From positions 1,443-65,442 of the forward strand of contig CAZYOB010000001.1 in NCBI GenBank assembly GCA_964648275.1: 64,000 nucleotides of DNA, written 5' to 3'. Origin of the DNA: an uncultured Pseudomonadales bacterium. Lineage in GTDB: Bacteria > Patescibacteriota > Microgenomatia > UBA1400 > MFAQ01. Positions 46,787 through 56,373 of the stretch are shown here, one piece after another; the stretch's first letter is position 1, and each line of letters starts with the position of its first letter. A program made the position numbers and the translations under genes. The notes beneath the pieces were generated by a model. It saw only the letters and a program-made list of their open reading frames with translations, was not told the DNA's origin and made no database searches.

Positions 46787-49012
46787 CTATTGCGGAATGA
46801 CTTCTACTTCGATATTGTTGAGGGGCAAGAATTTGGTGGACAAGAAAGGTATGTAGGGTGATGTAATTGCCTTGGATTCTGAAAACCCACTAATGTTTTG
46901 GAGGAGTACTTTTGCGTTGGGGAGAGTCTTGCCCTTGATCATATCCGAGTACTGCTTTTGATCAATTTGCTGATAGAGAGTGGCGTTGACGGTGGCTTTG
47001 GCGATGTAAGAATCCCCTTTTTGAGTGGGATTCTCTATTTTGATATCGGTAGAAGCCTGATCAAAGGTTAATCCCGAGGGAGTTTGCGATTGAAGCTCAT
47101 TTTTAACCAATTCGAAAAGTGCCTGCTTAGAATACACAAGTAGGTCAACCGATCCGGCCAGGTCGAGACCGACGGTGCCGGCCTCTTCACCAACATCTTT
47201 GGTAAATTTCTTTTGGGTGAAGTGAAGATCGTTCAGCGGAAGGGCACCGTTGTTGGGGTCTTGTGAGCTGAGCTGTTGACTGGTTTGTTCTTTAATTTTG
47301 TCAGTGGCTACTCCGAGAACTTTTTCCTGATCTTTTTTGTCTACGGCCTTAACGGTACGGGAAGTCCCACCGGTAAAGTCTGCTTCGGCGACTGCATAAA
47401 TGATGGTCTTTGAGTAGTTATCCACTATAAAGGTCGTGCTCTTTGAAAGGTTGTGTTCTGCCCCGATCTTGGAAGCACTAACCGATACGGCTTCTTTTTT
47501 ACCAAACTCTTCTTTTCCGCTGATCAAATCGGCGCTTTTTGACGCAATGGTGACAGCTTCACTGATAACAAAATTTGATTTTCCCGTTTCTGCGGCGAGA
47601 ACAGCGCCTGATTTCAGGGAAATCGGAGCGCTGGAACGATTGAAAATGGTGACCTTGCCAGAAGCACTTTCTCCGACGGTGGTTTCTCCTGTGGTAGCGA
47701 CCTCTTCCTTGGCACTACCGCTGACAGTTTCTTTTTGGGCAATGAGAGTCGGCAGATCAGGTTGAGCCACTTGGGCGATGGCAATTTCAATTTCTCGAGT
47801 AAATTTTTCCGGATTAACAAAGACCTTTATCTTGGCCGAACCGAGGAAAAAGTAATATGCAGGAATGCCGATGAGGGCAAATAGAGCCAATGCTGCAAGA
47901 GCAAGCGGCATCTTCTTGGAAGAGGAGGGAAATTTATTCGCCAAACTATGAGTAAAACTAGGAATCAATTTTTTGAGGTTTAGTTTTGGTCGAGGTTTGG
48001 AGGGCATTGAGGAGTCGTCTCCGACGGCGAAACGGGCTTCGTCATCGACTACAGAGGGCATCTCATTGATCTGAATATCCGAATCGGTCTCTTGGACAGG
48101 AATAATCTCCTTTTCTTCCGGAATTTCATCCGGGGGTGGGGTTTCTTCAAAAGTGAATCCCAGATTTTCAAGGTCAGCGACCGGTTTGTTGTCAGGAATA
48201 TAGATATTGGCAGTATCCGACTTGATTTTTTCAGATCTTTCTTCTGTTTCAACCGGGGGTGTTTTAACTTCCAGCCCCAGATGTTGGGCGGCTTCGGTGC
48301 CGCCGGCCAGAGCAACTGCTCTGACACTTAAATCTACCGGCAATATTTCTACCTTGGGCATGTGGATAAAAGGAAGCCGTTCCTGCCAGGGATAGGAAAG
48401 AATTTGCTGCTGTTCATCTTCGAGAGCACCACCATCGGTAAGAAGGAAGCGAGCAGGAAGAGATTCAAACTCCATACGAGCGAGGCCCTCTTCGACATCC
48501 CTGGCCAAATCACCGGAAACTCCCACCTCTTCAGTGGCTTCAACTTTCCCCAATTTAACGACTGAAACGACAACTTTTGTGTTGTAGATCTCCAGGAGAA
48601 TGGCAGTTGGAGGAATGCCTTCTTTTTGTTTAAGGAAGTGGGCGATGGCTTGAGTGGTGGGGACAACTCCGATGGGAGTGAGTTTTAACTCATTGACTAT
48701 TTTGCTGATTAAATTGCGTTTGGTTGGATGAATTCCCTCATCTCCCAACCATGACTCAGGTAAACCAAAGATAATGCGATGAGGTTCAGGCTTAATGTTC
48801 TTGACTGCTTCGGTAATTGACGCATCGACACCGTTAATGAGAGATTCCTCGTCTTCCCACATCTCAAACGATCCCTGTCCGATGACCTGAGGTTCTCCGT
48901 CCAGAAGTTCCCAACAAACAGATTTAATGAGTGATTCGTGAATTTCGACAGCAAGGAAGTATTCAGCAGGGGGTTCTTTTTTATTACTTCCAAATATATT
49001 TTTTAGATTCAT
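46787..49012 (-). CDS. Hypothetical 741-aa protein: N-terminal actin-like (FtsA/PilM-like) cytoplasmic domain, single TM, large extracellular C-terminal domain
   Basis: Actin-fold-like motifs ('LLTDGGA', 'VALAGGTEAAQ'), an acidic linker, TM 'MPLALAALALFALIGIPAYYFFL', then a Ser/Thr/Lys-rich ectodomain. The sortase gene starts 2 nt downstream. Confidence 0.4.
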   Translation of the reverse strand: MNLKNIFGSNKKEPPAEYFLAVEIHESLIKSVCWELLDGEPQVIGQGSFEMWEDEESLINGVDASITEAVKNIKPEPHRIIFGLPESWLGDEGIHPTKRNLISKIVNELKLTPIGVVPTTQAIAHFLKQKEGIPPTAILLEIYNTKVVVSVVKLGKVEATEEVGVSGDLARDVEEGLARMEFESLPARFLLTDGGALEDEQQQILSYPWQERLPFIHMPKVEILPVDLSVRAVALAGGTEAAQHLGLEVKTPPVETEERSEKIKSDTANIYIPDNKPVADLENLGFTFEETPPPDEIPEEKEIIPVQETDSDIQINEMPSVVDDEARFAVGDDSSMPSKPRPKLNLKKLIPSFTHSLANKFPSSSKKMPLALAALALFALIGIPAYYFFLGSAKIKVFVNPEKFTREIEIAIAQVAQPDLPTLIAQKETVSGSAKEEVATTGETTVGESASGKVTIFNRSSAPISLKSGAVLAAETGKSNFVISEAVTIASKSADLISGKEEFGKKEAVSVSASKIGAEHNLSKSTTFIVDNYSKTIIYAVAEADFTGGTSRTVKAVDKKDQEKVLGVATDKIKEQTSQQLSSQDPNNGALPLNDLHFTQKKFTKDVGEEAGTVGLDLAGSVDLLVYSKQALFELVKNELQSQTPSGLTFDQASTDIKIENPTQKGDSYIAKATVNATLYQQIDQKQYSDMIKGKTLPNAKVLLQNISGFSESKAITSPYIPFLSTKFLPLNNIEVEVIPQ

Positions 49013-49039
49013 GTCGGGCGGCCCCTAATTAGGAGCAGG

Positions 49040-50878
49040 TTATTCAAACTGCAAGTAGAGACGCCGGAGCGATGCCCCCAGCGATTCTTGCTTGACTATT
49101 TTTATCTTAGCAAGTTCCCCGGTATTAGTCACGTGCGGTCCACCACAGAATTCTTTAGAAAAGAAGTTAGGAGGAGAGCCGATGGTGTAAACGCTGACGA
49201 TGTCAGGATATTTTTGACCGAAGAACGCCAATGCCCCTTCGGATAAAGCTTCTTCCCGAGGTTTTTCTTCGCGAGTGACGGAAAGTTTTTCCGAAATTTT
49301 TTGGTTTATTAAATCCTGAACTGCGGCGATTTGTTCGTCGGTAAGTTTTTCGGGGTGAGAAAAATCAAATCTCAGCCTCTCCGAGGTAATGTTGCTGCCC
49401 TTTTGCTGAACGTGGGTCCCCAGTATTTGTCTTAGGGACGTGTGAAGAAGGTGGGTAGCGGTGTGATAGGCAGTGACTGTTTCCGATTTATCCGCGAGAC
49501 CACCTTTAAACATGCCAGCTGAGGTAGAACGCGACAGATCCCTATGTTTCTCGAACTCTTCTTTGAATTGGTCGATGTTGATAGTTCTGCCCATCTGAGA
49601 AAGAATTTCAACTGTTATTTCCAGAGGAAAGCCCAGGTTTTGATAAAGGTCGAAGGCTCCCTTTCCATCAATATCGGGATTTTTTTCCAATTCACGAAGA
49701 CCTTTTTCCAGGGATTGGGAAAATTTGCCGATCTCAGTGTTGACAGTATCTTTTATGAACCGGGTATCTTCTTCCGGCTCAAAATAGACTCCTGTGTAGA
49801 TACCAATAATGACATCGATCAGATCGGAAAGTCTGTCAAGACCGGAGCGAGAACCGGTGAGATAGTAAAACTTGACTGCGGCGCGACGTAATAGTCGACG
49901 GAGTACATAACCCTGAGTCTTGTTACCAGGGATAACTCCATCTTTTATCAGGAAAGTTGCTGCAGTGAGATGGTCGGCCAACACTCTCATCGCAGGACGA
50001 TTGTTTTCTTCGGAATATTTCTTGTCGGTAATAAGTTCCAATTTCGAGATGATAGGTGAGAGAATCGAGGTTTTAAATACATCGGGGTCCATAAGTGTAG
50101 CTGCCGATAGACGGACCAGACCACCACCGAAGTCAATATTTTTCGCCGGAAGTTCTTTGAGAGAGCCGTCATCCTGTTTGAGATACTGCATGAAAACGGA
50201 GTTGCCTATCTCGATGAAGCGCCCGCAATCACAGTTGGGATGGCAGGGCTCATCCTTCCATTTAGAATTCTCATGGAACTTGAAATCCGTTCCAAAATCG
50301 TAGAATACCTCACTGTCAGGACCACCAGGTTCACCTGAGGGCATTTGTTCAGGAGTACCTGAGCGTGACCACCAATTCTTATTGGCGGGATATGGAAAAA
50401 TTCTTTCCCCTTCTTTGGCCTCTATTCCGTTTCGAGAAAAAAGTTCCTGCCAGAGAGTGATAGCTTCTGTATCTTTATCGACTCCTGATCCGCCAGCAAA
50501 GACAGAGACATAAAGTCTGGAAGGGTCAAGGCTCAAGCCTTCATTTTTATCGGTGAGAAATGTGTAAAACCATTCAAGTTGATCTTTTTTGAAATAGTCT
50601 CCCAGAGACCAGTTACCAAGCATTTCAAAAAAAGTGGTGTGGCGGTTATCACCCACTTCCTCAATATCCTGGGAACGGAAACATTTTTGACTGTCGACAA
50701 GACGGGTCCCAAGAGGGTGTTTTTCACCGAGGAGGTAGGGCATCATTGGTTGCATGCCGGCACTGGTGAAAAGTGTAGTTGCATCTCCTTCGGGAACGAG
50801 TGAGGTTGATGGCACAACGACATGACCTCTGTTAACAAAAAAGTCGAGATATTTTTTTCTAATGTCGTTGATGTCCAT
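49040..50878 (-). CDS. alaS: Alanine--tRNA ligase (short form lacking C-Ala domain)
   Basis: Class II aaRS motifs, editing-domain 'HTATHLLH', only 612 aa. Confidence 0.85.
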   Translation of the reverse strand: MDINDIRKKYLDFFVNRGHVVVPSTSLVPEGDATTLFTSAGMQPMMPYLLGEKHPLGTRLVDSQKCFRSQDIEEVGDNRHTTFFEMLGNWSLGDYFKKDQLEWFYTFLTDKNEGLSLDPSRLYVSVFAGGSGVDKDTEAITLWQELFSRNGIEAKEGERIFPYPANKNWWSRSGTPEQMPSGEPGGPDSEVFYDFGTDFKFHENSKWKDEPCHPNCDCGRFIEIGNSVFMQYLKQDDGSLKELPAKNIDFGGGLVRLSAATLMDPDVFKTSILSPIISKLELITDKKYSEENNRPAMRVLADHLTAATFLIKDGVIPGNKTQGYVLRRLLRRAAVKFYYLTGSRSGLDRLSDLIDVIIGIYTGVYFEPEEDTRFIKDTVNTEIGKFSQSLEKGLRELEKNPDIDGKGAFDLYQNLGFPLEITVEILSQMGRTINIDQFKEEFEKHRDLSRSTSAGMFKGGLADKSETVTAYHTATHLLHTSLRQILGTHVQQKGSNITSERLRFDFSHPEKLTDEQIAAVQDLINQKISEKLSVTREEKPREEALSEGALAFFGQKYPDIVSVYTIGSPPNFFSKEFCGGPHVTNTGELAKIKIVKQESLGASLRRLYLQFE

Positions 50879-50930
50879 TTGAATACAAATTATATCCTAG
50901 TGACAGAGTAATAAGTGTAAGCGCGTGGAG

Positions 50931-51257
50931 TTATTTTGAGGGGTAAAAATATTCCGGTCGACGAGAAGTATCCGGGGGTGGAGGTGGTGGAGCTTCGTCC
51001 TTGGAATAAGCGTGGTGAGGAGTCTCTTCAGGAGTGCTTAAAGGAGGTGAAAAATCGGGTACATTTTCTTTGGAGTCCGTTTGACCAAGATGTCTGATAT
51101 TTTCCGGCAGTGAATCCATGATCTCCTTCATTAATTTTTTCCCTTCGTCTGTGCCAAGCAGCAGAGCCCCAAGAACGCCAACGGTAAGTCCAAACAGAAA
51201 CGAGTTGTCGTGATGGTCCGGGTTAGAGGCCTTCGGATTCATAAGGTTCAACGTCAA
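50931..51257 (-). CDS. YtxH-like small membrane protein
   Basis: 'SFLFGLTVGVLGALLLGTDEGKKLMKEI' resembles the YtxH family N-terminus. Confidence 0.4.
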   Translation of the reverse strand: MTLNLMNPKASNPDHHDNSFLFGLTVGVLGALLLGTDEGKKLMKEIMDSLPENIRHLGQTDSKENVPDFSPPLSTPEETPHHAYSKDEAPPPPPPDTSRRPEYFYPSK

Positions 51258-51528
51258 CTGGAGGTGTGGGTCTCCTCTTGCCTAATAACTGTGAGACAGA
51301 TTCAACTATCTTTCCCGATTGTTTGATCCCTTCAATGATGGCAATAAGACCGGCGGCAGGTTGGGATAATTTTTGAAGAGTTGTCTCAACCGTGTCGAGA
51401 GTATTGTTGAGTTTGGTAAGAGTATATTTGACTTCTTTGAGAATGGAAATTAGTTGGATACCGATGATGGTGGCCAGGACGGTGAGAAGGGCGGTAGAAA
51501 TAAGAGAAACTATTTGTGCCAGTGTCAT
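51223..51528 (-). CDS. DUF948-like small membrane protein
   Basis: N-terminal TM plus a helical region, about 100 aa. Confidence 0.35.
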   Translation of the reverse strand: MTLAQIVSLISTALLTVLATIIGIQLISILKEVKYTLTKLNNTLDTVETTLQKLSQPAAGLIAIIEGIKQSGKIVESVSQLLGKRRPTPPVDVEPYESEGL

Positions 51529-51548
51529 ATATTCAATAATAGCAGTTC

Positions 51549-52175
51549 TTACTGACTAACGACGGTTATGGGGATGCGAACGATGGAAGTCCTGCCAAAA
51601 CGATTGGTAGCTTGAATGGAAAGTGTGGTCTCCCCGACAGGCAGAGTATATCGAACCAAGAAGTGTCCTGAAGTGTCTGGTTTTGCCCGAGTGTCATCAT
51701 CAATTCTTACTACCGAATCAACTGTAGTAAGACCTTCTATTTCCAGTGGAGAGATGAGGACGCTATTGGGTGATGGTCTTTGGATTTGTAGCATTGGCGG
51801 GGTAAGTATCGCCCGAAACTGAAAACCTAAATAGATTAAAAACACCAATAGAGCGATGCCAAAGAGGGTGATCTGTGAGTTAAGAAAAGAAAAAGATAAT
51901 GGCCGATGGCGTTTGTTCTGCTTGATCTTTCCCGACTGTGGTTGTCGATAGTCTCTTCTAAAAACAGCTACCAGTTCGTCTGGGTTTTTATCAAGTCTGA
52001 TGGCTAGATTCCTTATAAAGCCCTTGGCAAAAGTCTCCGATGGGAGTTTATCAAAGGCATCCTCCTCGAGGGCGGAAATATATTTGATGTCTATTTTGGT
52101 GAGGGAAGAAAGCTGTTCGAGGGAAAAGCTTTTAGCTTCACGAGCGGTTTTGAGGATCTGCCCGACTGTCTTCAT
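51549..52175 (-). CDS. RodZ-like protein (N-terminal XRE-type HTH, TM, C-terminal domain)
   Basis: HTH 'ILKTAREAKSFSLEQLSSLTKIDIKYISALEED', a central TM, and a C-terminal beta-rich region. Confidence 0.55.
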   Translation of the reverse strand: MKTVGQILKTAREAKSFSLEQLSSLTKIDIKYISALEEDAFDKLPSETFAKGFIRNLAIRLDKNPDELVAVFRRDYRQPQSGKIKQNKRHRPLSFSFLNSQITLFGIALLVFLIYLGFQFRAILTPPMLQIQRPSPNSVLISPLEIEGLTTVDSVVRIDDDTRAKPDTSGHFLVRYTLPVGETTLSIQATNRFGRTSIVRIPITVVSQ

Positions 52176-52180
52176 ATAAT

Positions 52181-54316
52181 TTATTCCGACTGAGTTTGGG
52201 CAAGGTATTCTTCAAAACTATTAATAAGGATCTCGTGGGGTTTGTTGCCCACAGATTGGGAGATAATACCCCGCTCTTGAAGCTGATCAATAATGCGTGC
52301 CGCACGAGCGTAACCAATTTCCAGACGTCGCTGGAGAAGTGAGGCAGAGGCTTTTTGGGCCGAGACACATAGTCTGGCGGCTTCTTCGAATTTTTCGTCG
52401 ACATCTCCCATATCCTGTCCGGTGGAGCTAAAGCTGCCAGGGGTAGCGACTGTCTTGGTGACTGTTTCGTCATGCACTGCAGGGACACCTGTTTGTCGAA
52501 TAAAGTGGATGAGAGTGGTAATTTCTTTGTCCGAAACGAAAGCTCCCTGAATACGTTTAGGCTTGGCAAAGTCAGGGGGAATAAAAAGCATATCACCCTT
52601 GCCCAGGAGTTTTTCTGCACCGGGGCTGTCGATGATGACACGGCTATCGATCATAGAAGTAACCTGGAAAGCAATACGGGCGGGAATGTTTGCCTTGATG
52701 AGACCGGTAAGGACATTCACCGAAGGTCTCTGGGTGGCGAGAACCAAGTGAACACCTGTAGCACGGGCCATTTGGGCAAGACGGACAATTTTTTCTTCGA
52801 CTTCATTGGCATTTCTACTCATCATAATATCGGCCATTTCGTCAATGATGATGATGATATAGGGCATCGAACTAAACCCGCTCATCTCGTGATAGCCGGC
52901 AATATTTTTGACACCAACCTCCTGGAAGATGCGGTAGCGTTTTTCCATCTCCGCCACTGCCCAGCCAAGTGCATTAACAACCTTCTCAACGTCGGTGATC
53001 ACGGGAGTGAGTAGATGAGGAATGTCTTGGTAGGGTGTAAGCTCGACACGTTTCGGATCAACCATAATGAATTTCACTTCCTCGGGGGAGGCGCGGAAAA
53101 GAATCGAGGAGATGAAACTATTAATGAGGACTGATTTACCCGAACCAGTGGTACCGGCGATGAGTACGTGAGGCATTTTGGAGAGTTCGATAACACAAGG
53201 TGCACCGGAAACATCAAGACCGAGAGAGCATAGAGTCTTGGATTTGTTTTTCTGCATGGCGTCGGAGGCAAGCATTTGTCTGAGTGAAACAAATTCCAAA
53301 GAACGATTGGGGATTTCGATACCAACAAGGTCTCGGCCGGGGATGGGGGCTTCGATACGGATCTGACCTTGGGGTGCGGAGAGAGCAAGGGCGAGATCCG
53401 ACTGAAGAGCATTGATCTTGCTGACCTTGGTACCCATAGCGATACGGAGTGCATATTGGGTAACTGCCGGGCCGTAGTTAACTTCAATCACTTTGGCAGC
53501 GATGCTGAAGGAGCTGAGAGTGTCCTGAATAATTTCAACATTCTTATTGATATCTCCCCTGTCCGCTTTACCAAGTTTTTGATCGGAAAGAAGATTAAGA
53601 GGTGGATATTGCCAAACTACATCTGAAGCGCCTTCAGGTCGGTTGGAGGTAATGGTGGAAAGAGAGGCTGATTCTTTTAGGGCAGGTTTAACAGGTTCCG
53701 GCGTTGAGGGTGGTGGATTAATGGATAGCTGTTCGTCGTGTGTGTTGATCTTTATTCCGGCCGTTTTTCCCTGGAAAACAACTTCCTGTCTTTTACCTAG
53801 CGAGACACCTTTGAATTTACCCGAGGCGGATTGCAGCTTGTCCATAAAACTTTGGAAAAGAACTATCAGGTCCTCGATCGAGGTTTCAAAAAGAATGAAG
53901 AGGCCAATGAGGGTTCCTATTAGATAGAAAAGGATCCCTCCGGCAGTGGAGATGAGTGTGGAAACAGAGACAAAAATTTGTTCACCAACTTGTCCCGATT
54001 TAGTCAACCCGGCGAGAGAAATAAGGGTGATGACGGATCCCAGTAATACATGGGGGGAAGCGATGGCAAGTTTTGCACTGGTCAACATTAGCCCACCAAC
54101 AACAAAAACAAAGGGGAGTAGCATAAAAGTCCAGCCTAAAAAGAGGGAACCAGTCTCATAAATTTTAGTAAGATAAATCCCCTGTTGAGAAAATGAAACA
54201 GCAATCAAACCTCCAATCCCGATGACCAGTATGGCCAGGATTGAGTTCATGGTATCTTTTTTGATGTTTACCTTAAATGGTTTATTACGACGACCTTTCT
54301 TGCGAGCCATAAGCAC
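52181..54316 (-). CDS. ftsK: DNA translocase FtsK/SpoIIIE
   Basis: N-terminal TM helices, 'GTTGSGKSV' Walker A, C-terminal gamma winged-helix. Confidence 0.9.
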   Translation of the reverse strand: MLMARKKGRRNKPFKVNIKKDTMNSILAILVIGIGGLIAVSFSQQGIYLTKIYETGSLFLGWTFMLLPFVFVVGGLMLTSAKLAIASPHVLLGSVITLISLAGLTKSGQVGEQIFVSVSTLISTAGGILFYLIGTLIGLFILFETSIEDLIVLFQSFMDKLQSASGKFKGVSLGKRQEVVFQGKTAGIKINTHDEQLSINPPPSTPEPVKPALKESASLSTITSNRPEGASDVVWQYPPLNLLSDQKLGKADRGDINKNVEIIQDTLSSFSIAAKVIEVNYGPAVTQYALRIAMGTKVSKINALQSDLALALSAPQGQIRIEAPIPGRDLVGIEIPNRSLEFVSLRQMLASDAMQKNKSKTLCSLGLDVSGAPCVIELSKMPHVLIAGTTGSGKSVLINSFISSILFRASPEEVKFIMVDPKRVELTPYQDIPHLLTPVITDVEKVVNALGWAVAEMEKRYRIFQEVGVKNIAGYHEMSGFSSMPYIIIIIDEMADIMMSRNANEVEEKIVRLAQMARATGVHLVLATQRPSVNVLTGLIKANIPARIAFQVTSMIDSRVIIDSPGAEKLLGKGDMLFIPPDFAKPKRIQGAFVSDKEITTLIHFIRQTGVPAVHDETVTKTVATPGSFSSTGQDMGDVDEKFEEAARLCVSAQKASASLLQRRLEIGYARAARIIDQLQERGIISQSVGNKPHEILINSFEEYLAQTQSE

Positions 54317-54396
54317 TTAACATTATAGATTATTTCTCCTACGTTCGGCACGGAGTAAATAAATCAAAACCCGACTTTAACTAATGCAGGACATGA

Positions 54397-56049
54397 CTAT
54401 ACTTCCACGATGATAGCGATGACCATGGGGCGTCGCTGGGTTTGGTCAAAGGCGAATTTTTCCAGATGAGCTTCGATCTTTTTTCTAATGAATCCCCAGT
54501 CGGTAGCGATACCTTTTTGATCTTTAAGGCATTTATAGACTTCTTTCCGGGCATCGTTTATCAGGTCTTTTGATTCTTTCTGATAGACAAAGCCGCGGGA
54601 GATTATGTCGATATCTCCAGTAACTTGCGAATTGTCTTTTCTAAGAGGTACGATGGCGATCAGAATACCGTCTTCGGCCATGACCTGGCGGTCGCGAAGA
54701 ACAACAGTACCAACGTCACCAATACCTAAACCGTCAACATAGATGTTTTTGGTTTCAAATTTCGGTCCTTCTTTGACGACGTGGTTTTCCAGAAGCACGG
54801 ATTGTCCTTCTGAAAGAACGAATACCTTACCGGGGTCGTAGTTCATATCTTTGGCCAGATCCTTGTAAAGCATCATATGGCGCAAGTCTCCACCGATGGG
54901 GATAATGCTTTTTGGCCTTGTAAGTCTTGCGAGAAGAGCGATATCTCCACGATAGCCATGTCCGGAAACATGAAGATTTTCTGAAGTGCCTGAATAGATA
55001 ACATCGATACTGTTTTTGTACAAAGTATCCATTAGATCAAAAATGTCGGCGTCGTTACCCGTACCGGGAATAGCATTGGAGCTAATGATAACCTTGTCAC
55101 CTTTTTTCAGTCGAACCATCCGGTGCTCGTCGTTTGCTAACCTATGCATTGCTGAACCGGCCTGTCCCTGGGAACCGGAAACAATCAAGGTCACTTGTCC
55201 AGGAGGAAGGGCGGCTACCTGTTGAGGTTTAATGAGAACACCTGGAGGAATTTTCAAAAATCCAGTCTTCAGGGCAGCTTCAATGTTTTGCTCTACGGAA
55301 CGACCAATCACTGCAACACGACGGTGATATTTAACCGAGGCGTCAATGGCAATTTTAAACCTGGAAATTGAAGAAGACATGCCGGTAAAAACAAATTTAC
55401 CGACTGTGTTTCTAACTTCATTATCAATGGCGTTTACCAAGGTCCTTTCCGAGGGACAATAGCCGGATTTCTCGATACCAAGACAGTCAGTGAGTAGCAG
55501 ATCGACGCCGGTAGTTCCAGCAGCGGCCATACCACCAAGGTCCGGTGGCAAATTATCTATTGGGGTTAGATCAAACTTATAGTCGGATCCGTGATAGACA
55601 GTGCCCGCCGGGGTAGTGATATATAGATGATAGGAGTTGGGAACTGAGTGAGTCGAGTGAATTAGCTGAATATGGAAAGGTCCCAGATTCAGCGAACCTT
55701 CAACCGGGGTCAGACGATTGGTTATACCAAACTCGCGGACTCTAATTTCGGCCATTGCTATGGCGAGTTTTCCTCCAAAAACTTGAACGTCTTTAAGGCG
55801 TGGCAGAATATATGGCAGACCTCCGATATGGTCCATGTGAGGATGAGTAAGGACTATGCCTAACAAGTTTTTGCCTGCTTTCTCGAGATAACTGATATCG
55901 GGGATGACCGAGTCAACGCCTAAGGCGCTGTCTTCGGGAAAGCCCATGCCGCAATCGACAACGAGCTGGTCGTCGCCGTATTCATAGACGTACATGTTTT
56001 TTGTAGCCGAACCGACGCCTCCGAGGGGGATGATTTTTAGTGGAATCAT
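54397..56049 (-). CDS. rnj: Ribonuclease J
   Basis: MBL 'HPHMDHIGG' and beta-CASP. I set the start at MIPLKIIPLGG (ATG at 56047-56049). Confidence 0.85.
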   Translation of the reverse strand: MIPLKIIPLGGVGSATKNMYVYEYGDDQLVVDCGMGFPEDSALGVDSVIPDISYLEKAGKNLLGIVLTHPHMDHIGGLPYILPRLKDVQVFGGKLAIAMAEIRVREFGITNRLTPVEGSLNLGPFHIQLIHSTHSVPNSYHLYITTPAGTVYHGSDYKFDLTPIDNLPPDLGGMAAAGTTGVDLLLTDCLGIEKSGYCPSERTLVNAIDNEVRNTVGKFVFTGMSSSISRFKIAIDASVKYHRRVAVIGRSVEQNIEAALKTGFLKIPPGVLIKPQQVAALPPGQVTLIVSGSQGQAGSAMHRLANDEHRMVRLKKGDKVIISSNAIPGTGNDADIFDLMDTLYKNSIDVIYSGTSENLHVSGHGYRGDIALLARLTRPKSIIPIGGDLRHMMLYKDLAKDMNYDPGKVFVLSEGQSVLLENHVVKEGPKFETKNIYVDGLGIGDVGTVVLRDRQVMAEDGILIAIVPLRKDNSQVTGDIDIISRGFVYQKESKDLINDARKEVYKCLKDQKGIATDWGFIRKKIEAHLEKFAFDQTQRRPMVIAIIVEV

Positions 56050-56373
56050 AAAATTTAGATAATAAATGTCTACTGTGATTGTAATCCAATTTGGGAAATT
56101 GTAGACTTTCTGATAATAAATGTCTCCCAAAAGCGTTCTCGTTTTATAGTCGTTTTTAGATCCCTCATTTAGCGACTAATTTGTCTACTGAAACAGGATG
56201 ATGCATGGAAAACACATTTATCGGTGAATCGACCCAGGAACAAGAAGTAACTGAACCATGAACTTGAGGGTGATTATACACGACGGAGGTCAATCAAGCC
56301 AATTATTGTTCGAATTAGGCACAAAGATAAATCAAAGAGTGTGAATTGCTGAGCCTCGTTTATACTATAAAGG

